A stretch of 64,000 nucleotides of DNA from Ancylonema sp. (GCA_050230475.1 JBFLGF010000076.1:1-64000); one strand, 5' to 3'; numbered from the stretch's first letter, positions 36,782 to 51,067 are shown. The notes: generated by a model from the letters alone, not told the origin. Numbers and translations are program-made.

Positions 36782-37514
36782 CATAGTGGGTCCCCCGAGC
36801 CCGAAAATATGCGCGCCGGCTCGGAGCCAGGCTCGCAAAATCCACGAGCGGAGCGGGACCCACTGGAAAAAAAACAAAAAAACAAATGGTAGCCCCATCC
36901 CCCGCTAAGCGGTGGACTATTATGTTTGCGTAATACTGTTTCATAACATCTTGTATCCCGTCATTTTCCCGTCCCCGTTCACAATTCCCTTGTCGTTTGC
37001 AAGCTACAATTTGGTCGTTTATCGCGTCTCCCGTTCATCGTAATTTTCCGTACCATCGTTGTCCTCACGTTCCATCGTAATGTGTGACACTCATAGAGTC
37101 AGTTTGTCGTTTGCGCCACAGAATCTGTCAGTTTTTGAAGAAATCCCGCATCTGACGATCGAGCGTTGTTCACCGCCCCGTCCCTCTCCCAGATGTCGTC
37201 TGATTCCCGGAATGTCAGAAGATCTTCAAGATTCGGTACATAATCTTTCAGTTGCCAAAACAAATACCGGATCCGACGAACACAATATCTCCAGTAACCA
37301 TCAGAATATGGTTACTATGTTCGGGATGTACTGCCCGAAGTATCGGTAACTAGTAACTACCGGCTTGGCAGAGAAGGATTTTTACTTTGTCGCATTTCTA
37401 TGTTTCGTTTTTGCCAGGCGGCTCGCGGAAGCGCGCCGGTTCGAAGCTGGAGCGCGCGCGCGCCGGTTCGAAGCCGGGCTCGCAAATTCCACGAGCGGAG
37501 CGCGACCCACTATG
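36782..37514. mobile_element. hAT-like MITE, copy 1
   Basis: TIR catagtgggtc / gacccactatg. Perfect TSD AATCCTAT (36774-36781, 37515-37522). Confidence 0.95.
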
Positions 37515-37927
37515 AATCCTATATAAAAACCCACTCGATACAGTGACAATCGCTATAGTGACACACGTTATAGTGACCAAATTTTCCCAGATATTACTAT
37601 TGAGATGTCACTGTAGAGTGAAACCTGTCTAAATAATTGTAGTGAAAATTAATAACCTCCCAAATATAATAGAAAATAAATTAATATAAATTAATAACCT
37701 GTCTGAATTAATATTTTATACCTGTCGCAGCATTGTTACTTCAAAGAGGTTTTATTGTAGCGAGTGGATATTTGAACGAACGCCATATAGATGGCTTTAC
37801 TTCTTCAATAAAAACCTCTGCGCACCCGATCTGGTTGCTCACAATAACCTAAATTTCACTTTCCTTCGATATAGTGACTTTGGCTCAATGTCGCCCTATC
37901 AAATGTCACTACATTGTGTATAGTGAC

Positions 37928-38624
37928 CATAGTGGGTCCCCGAGCCGGAAAATATGCGCGCCGGCTCGGAGCCGGGCTCGTAAAATCCACGAGCGGAGCG
38001 GGGCGCACAGGAAAAAATAAAAAAACAAATGGTAGCCCCGTCCCCCGCAGAGCGGTTGACTATTATCCTTGCGTAGTACTGTTTCATTACACTTCGTATT
38101 CCGTCATTATCCCGTCCCCGTTCGCAATTCCCCCTTGTCGTTTGCAAGCTACAATTTCTGTCGTTTAGCATGTCTCCCGTTCATCGTATTTTTCCGTACC
38201 ATCGTTGTCCTCCCATTCCTTCGTAATGTGTAACTATCATAGATTCAGTTTGTCCTACAGAATCTATCCGTTTTTTGAAGAAATTCCGCATCTGACGGCT
38301 GAGCATTGTTCAGTGCCCCGTCCCTCCCCCAGATGTCGTCCGATTCCCGTAATGTCAGAAGATCTTTAAGATTCGGATTCGCTACAGAATCTTTCAGGTG
38401 CCAAAAAAAAAAACGGATCAAACTGACCGAGTAACCTTCAGAATATGGTTACTAAGTTCCGGACGTACTGCCCGAAGTACCGGTAACTAGTAACTACCTG
38501 CTTCGCAGAGGAGGATTTTTACTTCGTCGCATTTCGATGTTTCGTTTTTGCCAGGCGGCTCGCGGACGCGCGCCAGCTCGGAGCCGGGCTCGCAAATTCC
38601 GCGAGCGGAGCGCGACCCACTATG
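37928..38624. mobile_element. hAT-like MITE, copy 2 (same family and orientation)
   Basis: Same TIR. Perfect TSD ATAGTGAC (37920-37927, 38625-38632). Confidence 0.95.
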
Positions 38625-39572
38625 ATAGTGACACCCCTGACATTCGATATAGTGACATTATTTTCCATTTTCTATAAAATTGTCACTATGTCAAGGGTTT
38701 ACTGTAACCGGTTCACCAAATACATTTCATGATTTTGGAAACACCCCGGCACCCCTGGGGTGTAGGAGGTACCCCCCCCCCCCCCCCGGGAGATAATAAT
38801 ATAATTTTAGCGCCTATTTCCGCGCACCGTGCGCGAGATTTGCGCACGCGTGCAGCACGCGTGCGCGAGCGCACACTTGCCATACACGTGCGGGACGCGC
38901 ACTTCAATATCTCATTTATGACTACAATTATAGATGGGCGCGCAACGTGCGCAAGATTTGCGCACGCGTGCGGTAAGCTTGCGCTAGCACACGCTTGCGG
39001 CACACGTGCAGCCCCGGGACAATTTTAGTAATCGAATTCGGACGTCGAAATTTGACAAAGTAGTGAGTACAAACCATTTTGCGTTGTTAGTAGTTCGATA
39101 TAACGTCTTAGGTCCTAATTGAATACTGCCACGTTGTAACCGGTTCACCAAATCCATTTCATGATTTTGGATACATCGTGGCACCCCTGGGGTGTAGGAA
39201 GTACCATTTGTGAGAAGATATATTTGTGAAATTGGAGGTCAAGACGAAGTCTAAGGTCCTCGCTTTATTTGTACAAAAACTTGAAAGTAACTAAGGAAAA
39301 TAACACCCGACCCCATGAGGCTACTCAGTCTCGACCCTAAAGACAATCAATCGGTGATTCTCGAGCCTCACTCCCTACCTTAAATGCTATGTCAACATCG
39401 TCTGACAAATTTATGAACAAATGAATACATCAAACGTGCATTCTACTGAAAATAAAACTCGGACCTTCTGCCAACTCCACGCAACGAGACCAAAAACCAG
39501 CAATAAAAGCATAAGTCACAGTTACATCCATCCCGAACAATACGATTGTCTCCACATAGTCCCAAAACAAAA

Positions 39573-42500
39573 CTACAAAACTTGTTGGAGGAAAGTGACT
39601 AGAAGGTACAACAGCGCGAGAACAAGCCCAATCTGATAAATCTCGGAGTTCGGATTCGAGTCTTTGAAGAACTGCACAAGACAAAGTACGCAAAGTATAT
39701 GAATCAAAGTTGTCATACATTGCCGCACGGCTAGCCCCCTAAACCGCACAACTACTCTTGTATCACAAGGAAGAGGGTGGCGTGGTGTAGGCATCCTCGC
39801 AAGAGAATTAAAAGAACGCTCATTCATTGGTCTCACCACTTGGCATGCACAACAACGGTCAAAAATGTAAACCCTTCCTTCTTAGATGGAACGCCAAGAA
39901 GACGGGAGGGTGGGGGTGGGGGAGAAAAACAAAAAAAGAAACAAGCCAACGGAATGGGAAACCATAAAAAAATTGCACCCAATCAGGGGTCACGCCAATC
40001 CAGAACCCACAAAACACTCTCCCCCCCCAACCCCTTCCCACCCAAACAAACCCTCCCCACTCTCCCCCAACCTTGCGCGGGTCGGAGGGGTCCGCATAAA
40101 TGTTCCCCATTCCCCCCCCCTCCTTCCCAGAATCCAAAAACCTCCTCACTCCCTCCATAGCCTCCTTGGCGTCCCTCCCACTCTCAGCAACCGTCCACGC
40201 GAGGCGGGAGGTCCATAAATAAGCGGCGGCAGCGGGGTTCGAACCCGCGAGCTCCCATTCGTCGACTTGGTCGGTGACTTGGCCCGAGATTGTGTTTAGG
40301 TCGTAGGTGGAGGTGACCGTTAAGGTTAGGGGGCCGCCGATTTGCGAGGCCCCGGGGAGGAGGAAGTTTCCTCGAAGGCGCCAGCGGATGGTGAGTTGAG
40401 AGGTGGTGCGCATGACCATTTGGAGGAGGACCTGGGGGAGAGAGGGGGGGGGAGGGAGGGGGAGAAAAAAATGGGTTTTTCTAGTTGTTTTTTTTTTTTT
40501 TTTTTTTTTCAACTCTCAGTAAGTCACTTTTTTTTTTTTACTTTTTTTTTTTTTTTTTTTTTGGGAATGTCACCCCCGTATGCTTTTGTTTTAAGTGGCT
40601 TTTGATTCTGGGAAATAGATTGATCCCAGCGCTCAGCCAAAGACACAGATGGTGTCATAAGTATTACATTATATTAGTATATTATTATTATATATATGTC
40701 AGTTTATATGTAACATCAACAATCTCGTATTTATTATATAAATTATCTTTCTACAGAGAATCAGATGATACAATGAAAGTCAGAAACTGAAGCCCAAACC
40801 AGGCGGGGTGATTGAGTAGACACCCCAGGATTGTTTTTTTTTTTTATGTATTTAGGCGCTCAGGGTTCAGAAAATGCGGTCAGAACTCAGTGGTAACGTT
40901 GAATTTTCTTCAATGGAAGCTTCTCGGGGATCAGGTGGGACTTTCACTGTTTAGAATCCCAGTATCCGGTTCAAGGTTTCGAGTTGATGGGGACGAGGGA
41001 TAGGGGAGGAATGGGTGAGGGTTCGAGTCCGAGTCTGGGTTCATGTCTACGTTTTTTTTACCACTTTCGGTTTGCTCAGCGCGTTGAGGAACCACGATGG
41101 CCGTTTGTACTTTTCACGCCCGGTGAAGGACCGGAGAGGGTCCTGAAAAAACACACACAAAACGAGAAATTCGGGAGAAAAAAAAAAGGGGGCGGGGGGG
41201 GAGGACAACGATTTTCTTTGTTCCTCTTTTAAAAAAAAAAAACACTTTTTTAGGGGGAAAGTTGGAGAATGGGTGGCTCACAGTCATAGGTATGCATTGT
41301 TGGTTTTCAACAAATGAACTACTACTCCTTCTTTGAGGCAGGGAGCAGGGGGGTGGGAATGGCAAAATATCGCCTGTAGGGCTTATTATGATGATTCCCA
41401 AACTTGCTGCGGAGCCCTAGCTGTTGTGAGCAATATTTATAAAATAAAATAAGAAAATTAAAGAAAATGTACAATCCCTTCACTTTACTACCCCATCCCA
41501 ACCCCCCTCCTTTCTTCCCGACCACATCCTAACCCACGAAGCTGACAGCACCTCCTCCCTCTCTCCCCTCCCTTTATCCCCACCCCTTCTCCCAACCCCC
41601 CAAACGTCCTTCCTCTCCCCCCATTCTACCATTCTTATCCTTTTCCCCCCCACCTTATATTTGCAGTACACCCCATAGCAACTCAGTAACCTCTTCTCCT
41701 CCTTCACTTCCAGGATATCTTTTGCCAGCTGGCGCGCCGTACGCTCGACAGCTGGACTGCTGATGCACTCGAAATCGTTGCACAATTCGCTGAAAGTCAC
41801 CCCCTCCATAAGAACATCTACCTCCCCCTCTTCCTCCTCCTCCTCCTCCTCCTCCTTTTCCTCCTGCCCCTCGTCCTTTTTCTCCTGAACCTTCTCGTTC
41901 TGGTTCGGAACCTTTTCGGAACCTTCCACCTCGGCAGCTGTCTGCTTTACCTGAGCCCACGTGGGCCCACTCCGCCTTCGCCTGCTGCTACCGATGCTAA
42001 TTCCTGCACGAATTCGCGATCTACGAAAATTAATGTCTATAATTCATGGTCGCAACCTGGACTAAACCCTGAGGTTTCCAGCGACAATCCCAAAAGCAAA
42101 GAGCAGACCATCATGCAGAACATGACATGTAGTGCTGTGCAGAACAACCGACCAACCAACCAACCAACTAATGGTAATGTAGGGAAAAAATCATCGGAAT
42201 GATGTCCTTACTCAGAGGAGTCAGAATCATGTTCCGCACACCCATGATTCTTGCTGTAACAATATTCATCCCAGATGGCAATCAGAAGTCAAGTGGAGAT
42301 AAAAAGAAAGGAAGGCGATTCCTCACTAGTGCTGATACTACTCGACAAATTGTTGGGATCCAGGCAGCGACTCCCCCGAGATCGCCATGCGCCCTGTCTC
42401 TCCCGGAATACTCCTCCTCCATGGCCAGCTGCATTGCTGGCACGTGTTAAGTAGGCTACATCTGTCCTGCCACTGAACCCTGGTCGCGACGCTGCCCCAC

Positions 42501-42573
42501 TGGCGTTCCGAGAATCTAAATAAGGATCGGAAATGGCGTTCGCAAGTTTCGTTAAGTCAACGGAGAACGCCAT
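39573..42573 (-). CDS. Plastid-targeted DUF2358/SnoaL-like protein with C-terminal transmembrane helix
   Basis: 5 phase-compatible exons: 42573-42327, 42003-41654, 41142-41062, 40431-40072, 39671-39573. Ser/Arg-rich transit-peptide-like N-terminus, then FECISSPAVERTARQL, YKDPLRSFTGREKYKRP, LNTISGQV..WEL, IYADPSDPRKFF and IYQIGLVLALLYLLVTFLQQVL*. Confidence 0.88.
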
Positions 42574-43199
42574 TGTCTTCACTTCGCGAGACACTGCTGA
42601 CAACACTCCGGAATCTAAGTAATGACGTAACCCCTAGATGATAAAGAGGAAACGATGATAGTAAACGATGAGCTTTGACAGAAGACGTCCCGCACGAAGG
42701 CACCCCGCCAATTCGCAGTCTTCAGCACTAATTGGCAGCCAATATTAAAATCGCTTCCCTCCGACAAATTCCTCTCATGTGCAAAGTAAAACTGCAAGCA
42801 CCGAGACGATAAGCCACAGGAGGTAAAGACTTCCCACAGTAAAGCGTGTGGACTTTCAGCGCTTGCAATATCTCATGTGAGCGCAGTTTACTTGTTGCCG
42901 ACACATGTTGCGGCAGACGCTGTCCTCCGCCTTCTAGCTTCACTCCCCTTCTTTTTCGTGCCTGGATTATATTATATGATATCGTGGTCATCTGGCGAGG
43001 GCACACGTTCGGTACCACACGTGTGTATACGGAAATCCAATTCGCTACCCGGCTGGTGACGTGTCATCCGGGTTCTACGGACGCACGGACGAGCGGACGG
43101 GTCGGGAAAAATCACGATTCCGTCGAATCTTTTTAATAGAGAGACGCATTTTATGAAAGCACGATGGGAACCCCATCTGAGTACAACACCAACGTTATT

Positions 43200-44745
43200 G
43201 TACCAACCTAACGGAAGAGAAGAAGGAAAACAACCCCAGCCCTAAAACAACCGAGCAACAATCCTTAACTCTGCTGACGACAATAACACCCGCGGAGGGG
43301 GGGGGGTAAGAGAGCCATACCCTCTTCCAATCGCAACGTCCTAGCATGAATTGCATGTGCTAGAGAACGTTGTAAAGCAACAGAAACTCTCTGCCGAAAA
43401 CCAAGTAACTAACAAACTGAACATTCTGCCCCGATCGCCCATTCAGTTGCGCCGCACGGTGAGCACAATCCACCAACAACCGATTGCTTGCATCGGAAAG
43501 CGCACCGTACGTCTGTCTCTAACGCAAACTGGATAAATTTGGTCCCTGTCGCGCGATCACGATAGTGAGTTTTGAGTTTTTTTGCGCCGTTCTGCATCTT
43601 CTGCGGCCACCAACCCTTGACAAGCCCGCGCGAGCGATCCACCAAAGTCACGCCGCGTGGGGTCAGCAATGACCATATCCACCAAAATATGCCCCTCCAC
43701 CAAATCCGAAATAACAATATCCACTCGGCCCCCACGACCGCCAGGAGCGGAAGACGGAAGAAACCCCGTACGTTCACGTTGAACATGTTGACCCGACTCG
43801 CGGAGGATGTGATATACGGAATCTCGCACCGAGTCATGAGATGAAGTGCGCCTCCACCCCTCGACTGCAGCGCATAAGATGCGTACCCAGGGCGTCCATA
43901 GAGTTGCCGCACGTGCACGTATCATAGGTAGCAAGGCAAGGGTGGGGAAACCCGAGGCGCACGCGCACGGCAGTGGATACGAAGGGAGGGAATGATAGGG
44001 GACGCCTGTAGCCAATGACCCGCACCGGATCCACTAGCGGACCGAAGCCTCGCCCTGGATGTCGCGAGATCGGTGCTCGTCTAAAGGAATACTGTCCCAC
44101 AAGCACCTCAAACGCAGCAGCGTGGGTAGCATCAAGAAGTGTCGCCTGCAAGTGAGGAACACAAGCCACGGCCAAGGTGGCATATGGAGGGACCGCCGCG
44201 CGTGCTGTTGTGTGAAGAAGCTCTCGCGCTTCTCAAAGCACGATGTGTGTTCGTAGACCTCCCTCGTCCACAGTGCTCTAAAACGGGCCGAATGATAAAC
44301 CGTGCTGCTGGAAAGCTGATGCGAGTGCAGGCACGGCGAGAGCATAAGAGCCAATAAAAGCAACTAGGGCAAGAACCCGAGTACGAACCAAACCCACGCC
44401 CCCCCGGGCGATCGGCAAACAAGCTTGGTCACGCGACAGACCAACATGGTCCGAAGTGCAACCAACCACCCCGCCCAATAGATCTGCTTCTACAACCCTC
44501 CATAGCGTGGCATCGTACTCCCCGAGCTGGTCGAGGAAGGAAAGGTAGGGTGGCAAGTACGCAGCAGATATTGATGGTCGAGCAGCAAACACCTGCGTAA
44601 GTAGGCGGAGGGCCACCTGCGGATCCTCAAGGAGGCATAATTGTTGAAAACCCCGCGTATCTTCCTCCAACGCAGCTGCCAGGAAGCCTCGCAAAATCGA
44701 CGACGATTTGCAAATCGTCTCGCGTGAAAAGACGATGACGGGACC
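43200..44745 (-). mobile_element. 5'-truncated non-LTR retrotransposon with restriction-like endonuclease (CRE-like clade), decayed
   Basis: Frameshifted ORF pieces: EDPQVALRLL, QACLPIARGGVGL, knuckle CTCGNSMDALGTHLMRC, HDSVRD, RVDIVI..ILVDMVIADP, AERRKKTHY, FIQFALETYGAL. Boundaries are approximate. Confidence 0.85.
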
Positions 44746-46772
44746 CTGACATATTTGGATCTGAGAGTACCACTAATGTATTTGTTGCCCTCAGCACGAT
44801 TCGTTTGTGAGGATGCAAGTGAAATGCAAATAGTTGCTTATACTTTCCCGTATAATTTTCTCGACAAATCTGTTGCTGTGTTTTTCGAAGACAGTGACGA
44901 CTTTTCTCTGATTCTTGACGGTGATGCCAGACTCATGTTCCTTCTAATTTTGATACTGGCGATGCTTGCTTGAATTTGGTGCTCGTTTGCTGCTTCGACC
45001 TTGTGTCCCTCAGTACGTTTTTTCCCGCTAACACCACCGCATGTGAGCCGGAGGTCGTTCGCCATTCCCACTTGCGAAGCTATGTTACCAACTGAAAGTA
45101 GCAAGTTCGTTGGTTAAATAGAGGTTCATTGGTTTAAGAGAGAAAGGATATCAGTTTCTCTGAGGTCGGCCTTTTCCGTTACAATATTATCTACTGAAAA
45201 GGCATACTCACTGGACGGACGACGTATTACTTAAATATCATGTGTGTGGAAAGTACATAGATGTTTGAGTCGTATTGAATGTATAGACTGGTACCTTTCA
45301 GACTCTTAGTCACTCGTAACTTGTGCGAGATGGAGATTGTTCATTTTGTTATAATTTACACATTTGAAGTATGTTATCTCTCACACACTTGGACAATTGT
45401 ATCGAACCTGGTCGCATACAAAGTTGCATGGCCATTGTATGCCTCCAGTTTGTGTTAGCACTCCATCCCGTAAGGCTATATACATTATAGTCGCAATTGG
45501 TATCCTGGTCCGTTTATCCGTGTTGTTGTCCGTCCACTATAATGTGTGACCATATGTCCGTCCGTTATATTGTGTGGCCATCAGTACGTCCATTCGTTTA
45601 TTTATATCCGTCTCTAAGATGACTTGAGGGGTCTTATAGATCCCCTCACATGTGACGGATCAGGAGCTCTACAAAGCACATTACATTCATCATGCCCTTC
45701 CCTCGTCTATACTTCTCGACATATTCTAGAGTTGGATGGTTCCGGTCTTCAGATGTTAACCTAGAGGTCTCTAATACACAATGTTTATCGAATTTCACGC
45801 GCCCGTTGTATACATTTTTACATTGTGTTCGGTATTTACGTAGTTATGTATAACATTTGTGCAGATTGGGCCACCACCTTCACTTGTGAGACTGACATTG
45901 GCACCTCCGTCCGACATTGAACAGTGGGTGACGGAAAATCGAAGAGTTAGTGTAGATAGGGTGACGAGAAGGACTATTGATTGACAAACATAAATGTGAA
46001 GAAACATCGTTTGAATCTTCACACCTTCAGTTATGATTACAAATGCTCGAAATATCTCACTTTCATGTTTTTCACTCCATTTAAACCATGTGTTGTCCAC
46101 CGTATCAAACAATAAAGTATACAAGAATAGAGGTAACAAGTATTGAATGAGAGTATCACATGATGTATATTGCAACCTTACTTTTCTTTTCTCTTGGGTG
46201 GGCCAAGGTGGGAGGAGGGGCATTCATGAAGAAGAAAGACGTGGTAAGACTGGGAGTAGGTCATAAATTCGAGGAAAGGAGAAGGTAGAAAATTAAATTC
46301 AGAGTGGTGTAAAAGTGCAAGTTTGCAACTCTGGCTAGGCACGCTATAGACGACCATTTGCGCCATTCACACCATTTGCGCCTCCTCGGAAACATTTGAT
46401 TCTTAAATGGATGCCTACGATGTAAAGAATAGGTAGACATTCATAGACTAAGATGGTCCTTTGGACCTTTTAACGAATGTAAACAATAATTGAAGCACAG
46501 TAGCGTTTTTGTGTGTGGTCTACATGCTTTGCACATGTTGTTATTTGCGTCTTTATCTCGTATTTTTCGACCGAGTACATGATTTGTATATGTGTCATGT
46601 TCGAGCAGCTTTCTATGGTATTTGTATCCTCTATATGTATTCATTTTTGTTAGTCTTTAAGGTGATATCACCCGTTTTTTGGACACTCTCTGTCCTCTTT
46701 CTTCCCTATATCAAGGAGGATGGAGGGGCGACAGTGGGAGCTCCACGTCACCATGACCCCCCCACCAACTCG

Positions 46773-49258
46773 ATGACCACATTCTTGGAGAACGGCAATT
46801 TGGTGCTTCATATGCTCAAATTCATCAAGGTGAGGACTCATGTACGGTCAATCATTGGTGAACACAAGGAGAAGGGGGCGGACCGAATGAGCGCCACTTT
46901 GGTATGCAAGGCGTGGAACGAGTCATCCTTCTCCATTCCCACGTGGAGAAAGGCTCGTTTCTTCATCAAGAATGTGGACGGACCCTACTTGGAGATGAGT
47001 GACTACCCGCAAGGGTGGAGACGTCACGAGATATCCGTGACAACCCTCAAGGACTTTCTTACCCACAGGAGACATGTTGTGCGATTCGAGTTTTATATTA
47101 ACGTCGAACGTAGAGGGTGGGATCGTTGGGCTGCTCTCGAATCTTTCATGACGCACGTTCACTGGCTCTCTCTCAAAATACTAAAAGATCCATCGATCGA
47201 GCGGGAGAAGAGTGTGTTGACATTGACCGGTCTTCCGAACCTCTCCTACCTTGAAGTCTGAGATGAAAAGCATGAGCTCTCTTCTTTGGCCCTACAAACT
47301 CGGCCCAGGCCCCCAACTCCCAACCCTCGATTCGGAACCCAAAAACAGTGTCGTTGAGATTTGTGAATGCTCAAAGATGGTGACACTCTGCATGCAATAC
47401 TGCAACATGGCGATACCACCATCCTTGATGCCTCAACTGAGGGACCTCTGTTTGAGCTTTCACGATGTAAGTACAAAGTTGATAAAGAGATTGGAGTTCT
47501 AGATTGTCGTCGTTCTTCAATGAACCTCAATAGTGCGCATCGTCCACAAAAAACGAAACAAGAAGTTATAAATTTCGCCCCTCACCAATAAACCCACCCA
47601 ATTGTTGATGCTTTAATGACCTCAAAGGTCTAATCCTAGTAACTTTCCTAGATGGCCATCTCTATAATCCAAAGTGAGTACTATTTACAACCAACGTGCA
47701 CTCACTTTTTGTTCAATTTCCGCACGCCTTATTACGCAACGCAAGTGGAGAGGCTGTGTTCTCCGGAGTCCTCCGTTTGGCATCTTTGAAGTTGTTCATA
47801 TCTTATGTGGAGGGTTTCGAAGTCATGGCCATTGAGCTGCCTTCCTTGGAAAAGCTAAGTCTCAATGCTGGAAACGTCAAGGCATGGAGATTCATCTGCC
47901 CCAAGTTGATAGAGTTCGAATGTTGGCGTTCGTGGATGCCTTCATCCGTGGTAACGCAGTTGAGGAGCTACAAATGTCTTGTAAGCCCCCTTGATGTCCA
48001 TGTGCGTTGCATGCGTGAATATCCGCTGAATTCTGGCCGACCATCCGCTGAATTTCGGCATGAGTTCTAGTATCACTTGACAAGAATCTTCGTAGTTTTC
48101 GAATACGAGGGTTGTGGAATTTGAACTCCACATAACTGTGCTTTCTTCCTACTTTGTTTATTTGTTTCCTATGTGGTCACAATCGGAGTCATAGGGTTAT
48201 GGCAGCCAACCTTGTCTATATAATAACAAAAGGATAGTGTGTCTTACTGGCATTTCGTTTTGTGCCCTCCTCGACATCTTCGGGGGACAGCCTAAAGATG
48301 TGGAGCATGAGTTACAAGTCATCCAAGCTCCGGTACTCGAGAACTTGGTATTGTGCGGGGGACACTTTTTGAGGCCTCTCTCTCTCGACTGCCCGAAACT
48401 CCGCAAATTGCTAATGGAAAACACGGAAGTGGAAACCTGCTTTCTTACCGCCCCTCACTTGACCGAGCTCCACGTCATATGCTGCTCGGCCCTCGATGTT
48501 TCATCGATGATCCTCCCAACTCTCAACAATGTCAAGTTATTTGATTGCCAGGTGAGTGTTTGCGTTCCCGCTTTCTCCAACTTGTAAATATGGTAGACGG
48601 TGCTATCATTTTGATGGCGGTGGTTCTACGGACTGCAATCATCTTGGTTTGCATCATTACTTGTTGTGTACGATGAAACTTGTCCAATATTTGTTGTGAG
48701 GTAGCGGACTTGAGTGGCCAACTGATCGACATTTTTTTAGTGTGGGAGTAGGTGGACCAAAGCAAGAACTGGAGATTGCCATCACTGAGACACCTTCATT
48801 TGGGGCGGTTGAGGACGATACCGACGGAGGTAGAAAGCGGTTTGAAGACAAAGTCCACTCTCCCGCATGCGCAGAGTTTTAAGATCACGGGGACGGCTTG
48901 CCTCCAACAAGTCTCCATTGAGTGGAGTGGGCAGTACAACGGTTGTCTCGAACAAGTAGCTTTGTCGACCAGCGACGGGAGGACTCTGAGCATCGTGACC
49001 AATAGTGCTCTATCAAAACTGCGCATAGTTGCATCTTGTGCAACCGAAGTAATATTGGGTGGTCGTGAAGTTTGTATTCACCCGAGGGAGCTCCAACTCG
49101 AGTGTCCGCTCATGTCTAGCTTGACGATGAGGGGGTGGGCTAAAGGAGGCATAGAGTGGCGGGAAATGATCGAGGGACTGGCACACATGTCCTGTCCGTT
49201 GCTTGAGGAGGTGAAGTGGGACGTGTTAGGTTCCGAATTCGGATCGTACACTTGGTAG
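46773..49258 (+). pseudogene. F-box/LRR-repeat protein gene with apparent frameshifts
   Basis: F-box-like end ATLVCKAWN, then LxxPxL repeats (IELPSLEKLSL, FICPKLIEF, LDCPKLRKL, LTAPHLTEL, LECPLMSSL). Donors gtaagt (47467) and gtgagt (48552). The frame breaks near 47258 and probably 47770. Confidence 0.7.
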
Positions 49259-51067
49259 AACGGTTACCATCTCTGCTAGAAGGAGATTTATGTCTTGGTG
49301 ATATGAGGCGATAATAAGCCGAGTTGGAGTTGGGGCAAAGTTCATGTTCAGTGCGTCATGAAGGCAATGCTTTCTTTTCAAAAACAACAAGTAAATGGGA
49401 TATGGGGTGTTGTAGTCAGAATTTCAAACTTTTTGTGAGGGTTTACATTTCTTATATATTCCAAATTTTCTTCACTCATTGTGTTACCATAGTTGGGAGT
49501 TTTGGTATTTGCGTGACCAGATTGTTGGTCCCCGTTCACGTACCCGCCATATTTAATGTCCCAACAAAATCCAACTGGAAATAATACATTGATGCCCCGG
49601 CAATCCACCCACCCCCTTGGGAATTAATATTCGCGCCCCAACATTCCGCCCACCCCTTTCCCGTCGATATGTTGCCCCACCCTATACAGTGAAACATATC
49701 CTTAAAAATACTCTTCTAATGAATAACCTATCTAATCTGATATATAACTTCCCCTCTAAATCTGACGTGTAAATTGATTTACACAAATGCGGAAATCAAG
49801 TTGCACGAATATCCAAACCGGGATGCATACTAATCTAGCTACACTCGTCAAGAGCTATACGAAACTAATATTATAACACCACCCTTTGGATAGCTTGCCG
49901 TGATTGCACTCGTGGAGGCCCCTCAAGTTGCACATCCAACCCCAAACGAACCATCCAGCCAAGGGGGAATAGGGGCCACGGAAACCCCGCCTTAGGATCA
50001 CTCCAAGGCAAAAGAGCCAAGAAGATCCCCATTGAGTGGGTGGCGCGCTGGGTTTGGGAGCTCAACCACTTCCTTAGAGTATCTCTTAGTGACGCCCGGC
50101 CCGACACAGGGATCATTAGCGCCGCACTGATTTGAAACGACCACTCCAACAAAAAAAATCCCTCTACCTTAGCGACTCTCCTACCGCCAACCGCCAACCT
50201 CCGGTTCGTTAACCGGTTACCTTCGTCCAACCGTGCAATTGCACTCAAATCTTCCAACTGTTGGTTCAACTGTCCCACCGAGTGGGGCGGTGGATGGTGT
50301 GTGAAAACGGTAAAGTTTAAAATATTTGAGGAATGATTGTATAAACTTTAGAGGAGATGCCAAGATAATGTAGTCATGAATAATAGATTACGTAAATTAT
50401 ATATCACGTAATCTCAAATCGAAAACCATAGAAGTTGCTAGCTCTTGTTCCGTTGCTATAACTGAACAAACACATATTTTTGTGGTAGGGTTCACTTGAG
50501 GATATGTGGTGTCCACGAAAGGCGCCGATTTTTAGAAACGATAACATAAATTATGAAGGACCACATTTTTTGGGCCCTTTTTCCTTTTCCTTTTTTTCCA
50601 TCCGTTCCCCGACCGTTGCGCCTCAATCCAACTGCCCAGCTGCCATGGGGACGGTCGGACGGTTGGATAGCGGCTGGACCGGTAAAGGGCGGTTCGCGGT
50701 CGACCGACCGCCGACCGTCAACCCTTTAATCGCCGCCATTTGACCCACCGCTGAACGTTGACATTTTGGAATGGACGGTCCGATTATCGCTAGACGTCCG
50801 ATCGGTCACCTTCTCACGGGTCGCGCCCGCCAATCGTTATTTGGTCATAAGAAATTCCGTTCTACAGGGGCGCCTCTGTACAGCCGCTCATGCCCGCAAG
50901 TCTCAGCGCCGGTTTCTGTCAACTTGACAAGGAACTCCGCCTACCCTCCTGACTTTGAGAATGCTGAGGTGTGACGACTGTTCAGCTCCTTCAGTCTAGC
51001 AACGGATCATCGGTGGCATTGCATGTCAGGTCCTGCATAGGACCTGTCTTGTACAGCTACTCCTGAA

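Larger units (their letters stand above)
36699..38704. mobile_element. pogo/Tc1-mariner-like MITE (TA TSD) carrying two nested hAT MITEs
   Basis: TA-cagtaaacccttgatatagtga ... tcactatgtcaagggtttactg-TA. The TA duplication is confirmed by the empty site at ~39135. Confidence 0.93.
36495..39205. repeat. Two-copy ~280-bp direct repeat; copy 1 interrupted by a MITE stack
   Basis: Copy 1 is 36495-36698 plus 38707-38772. Copy 2 is ~38915-39205 and shows the empty site ccacgttgTAaccggttcacc. Confidence 0.85.

Noticed and set aside
41015..41040. tRNA B-box-like GGTTCGAGTCC
   Set aside because: No cloverleaf or A-box; lies in a low-complexity intron.
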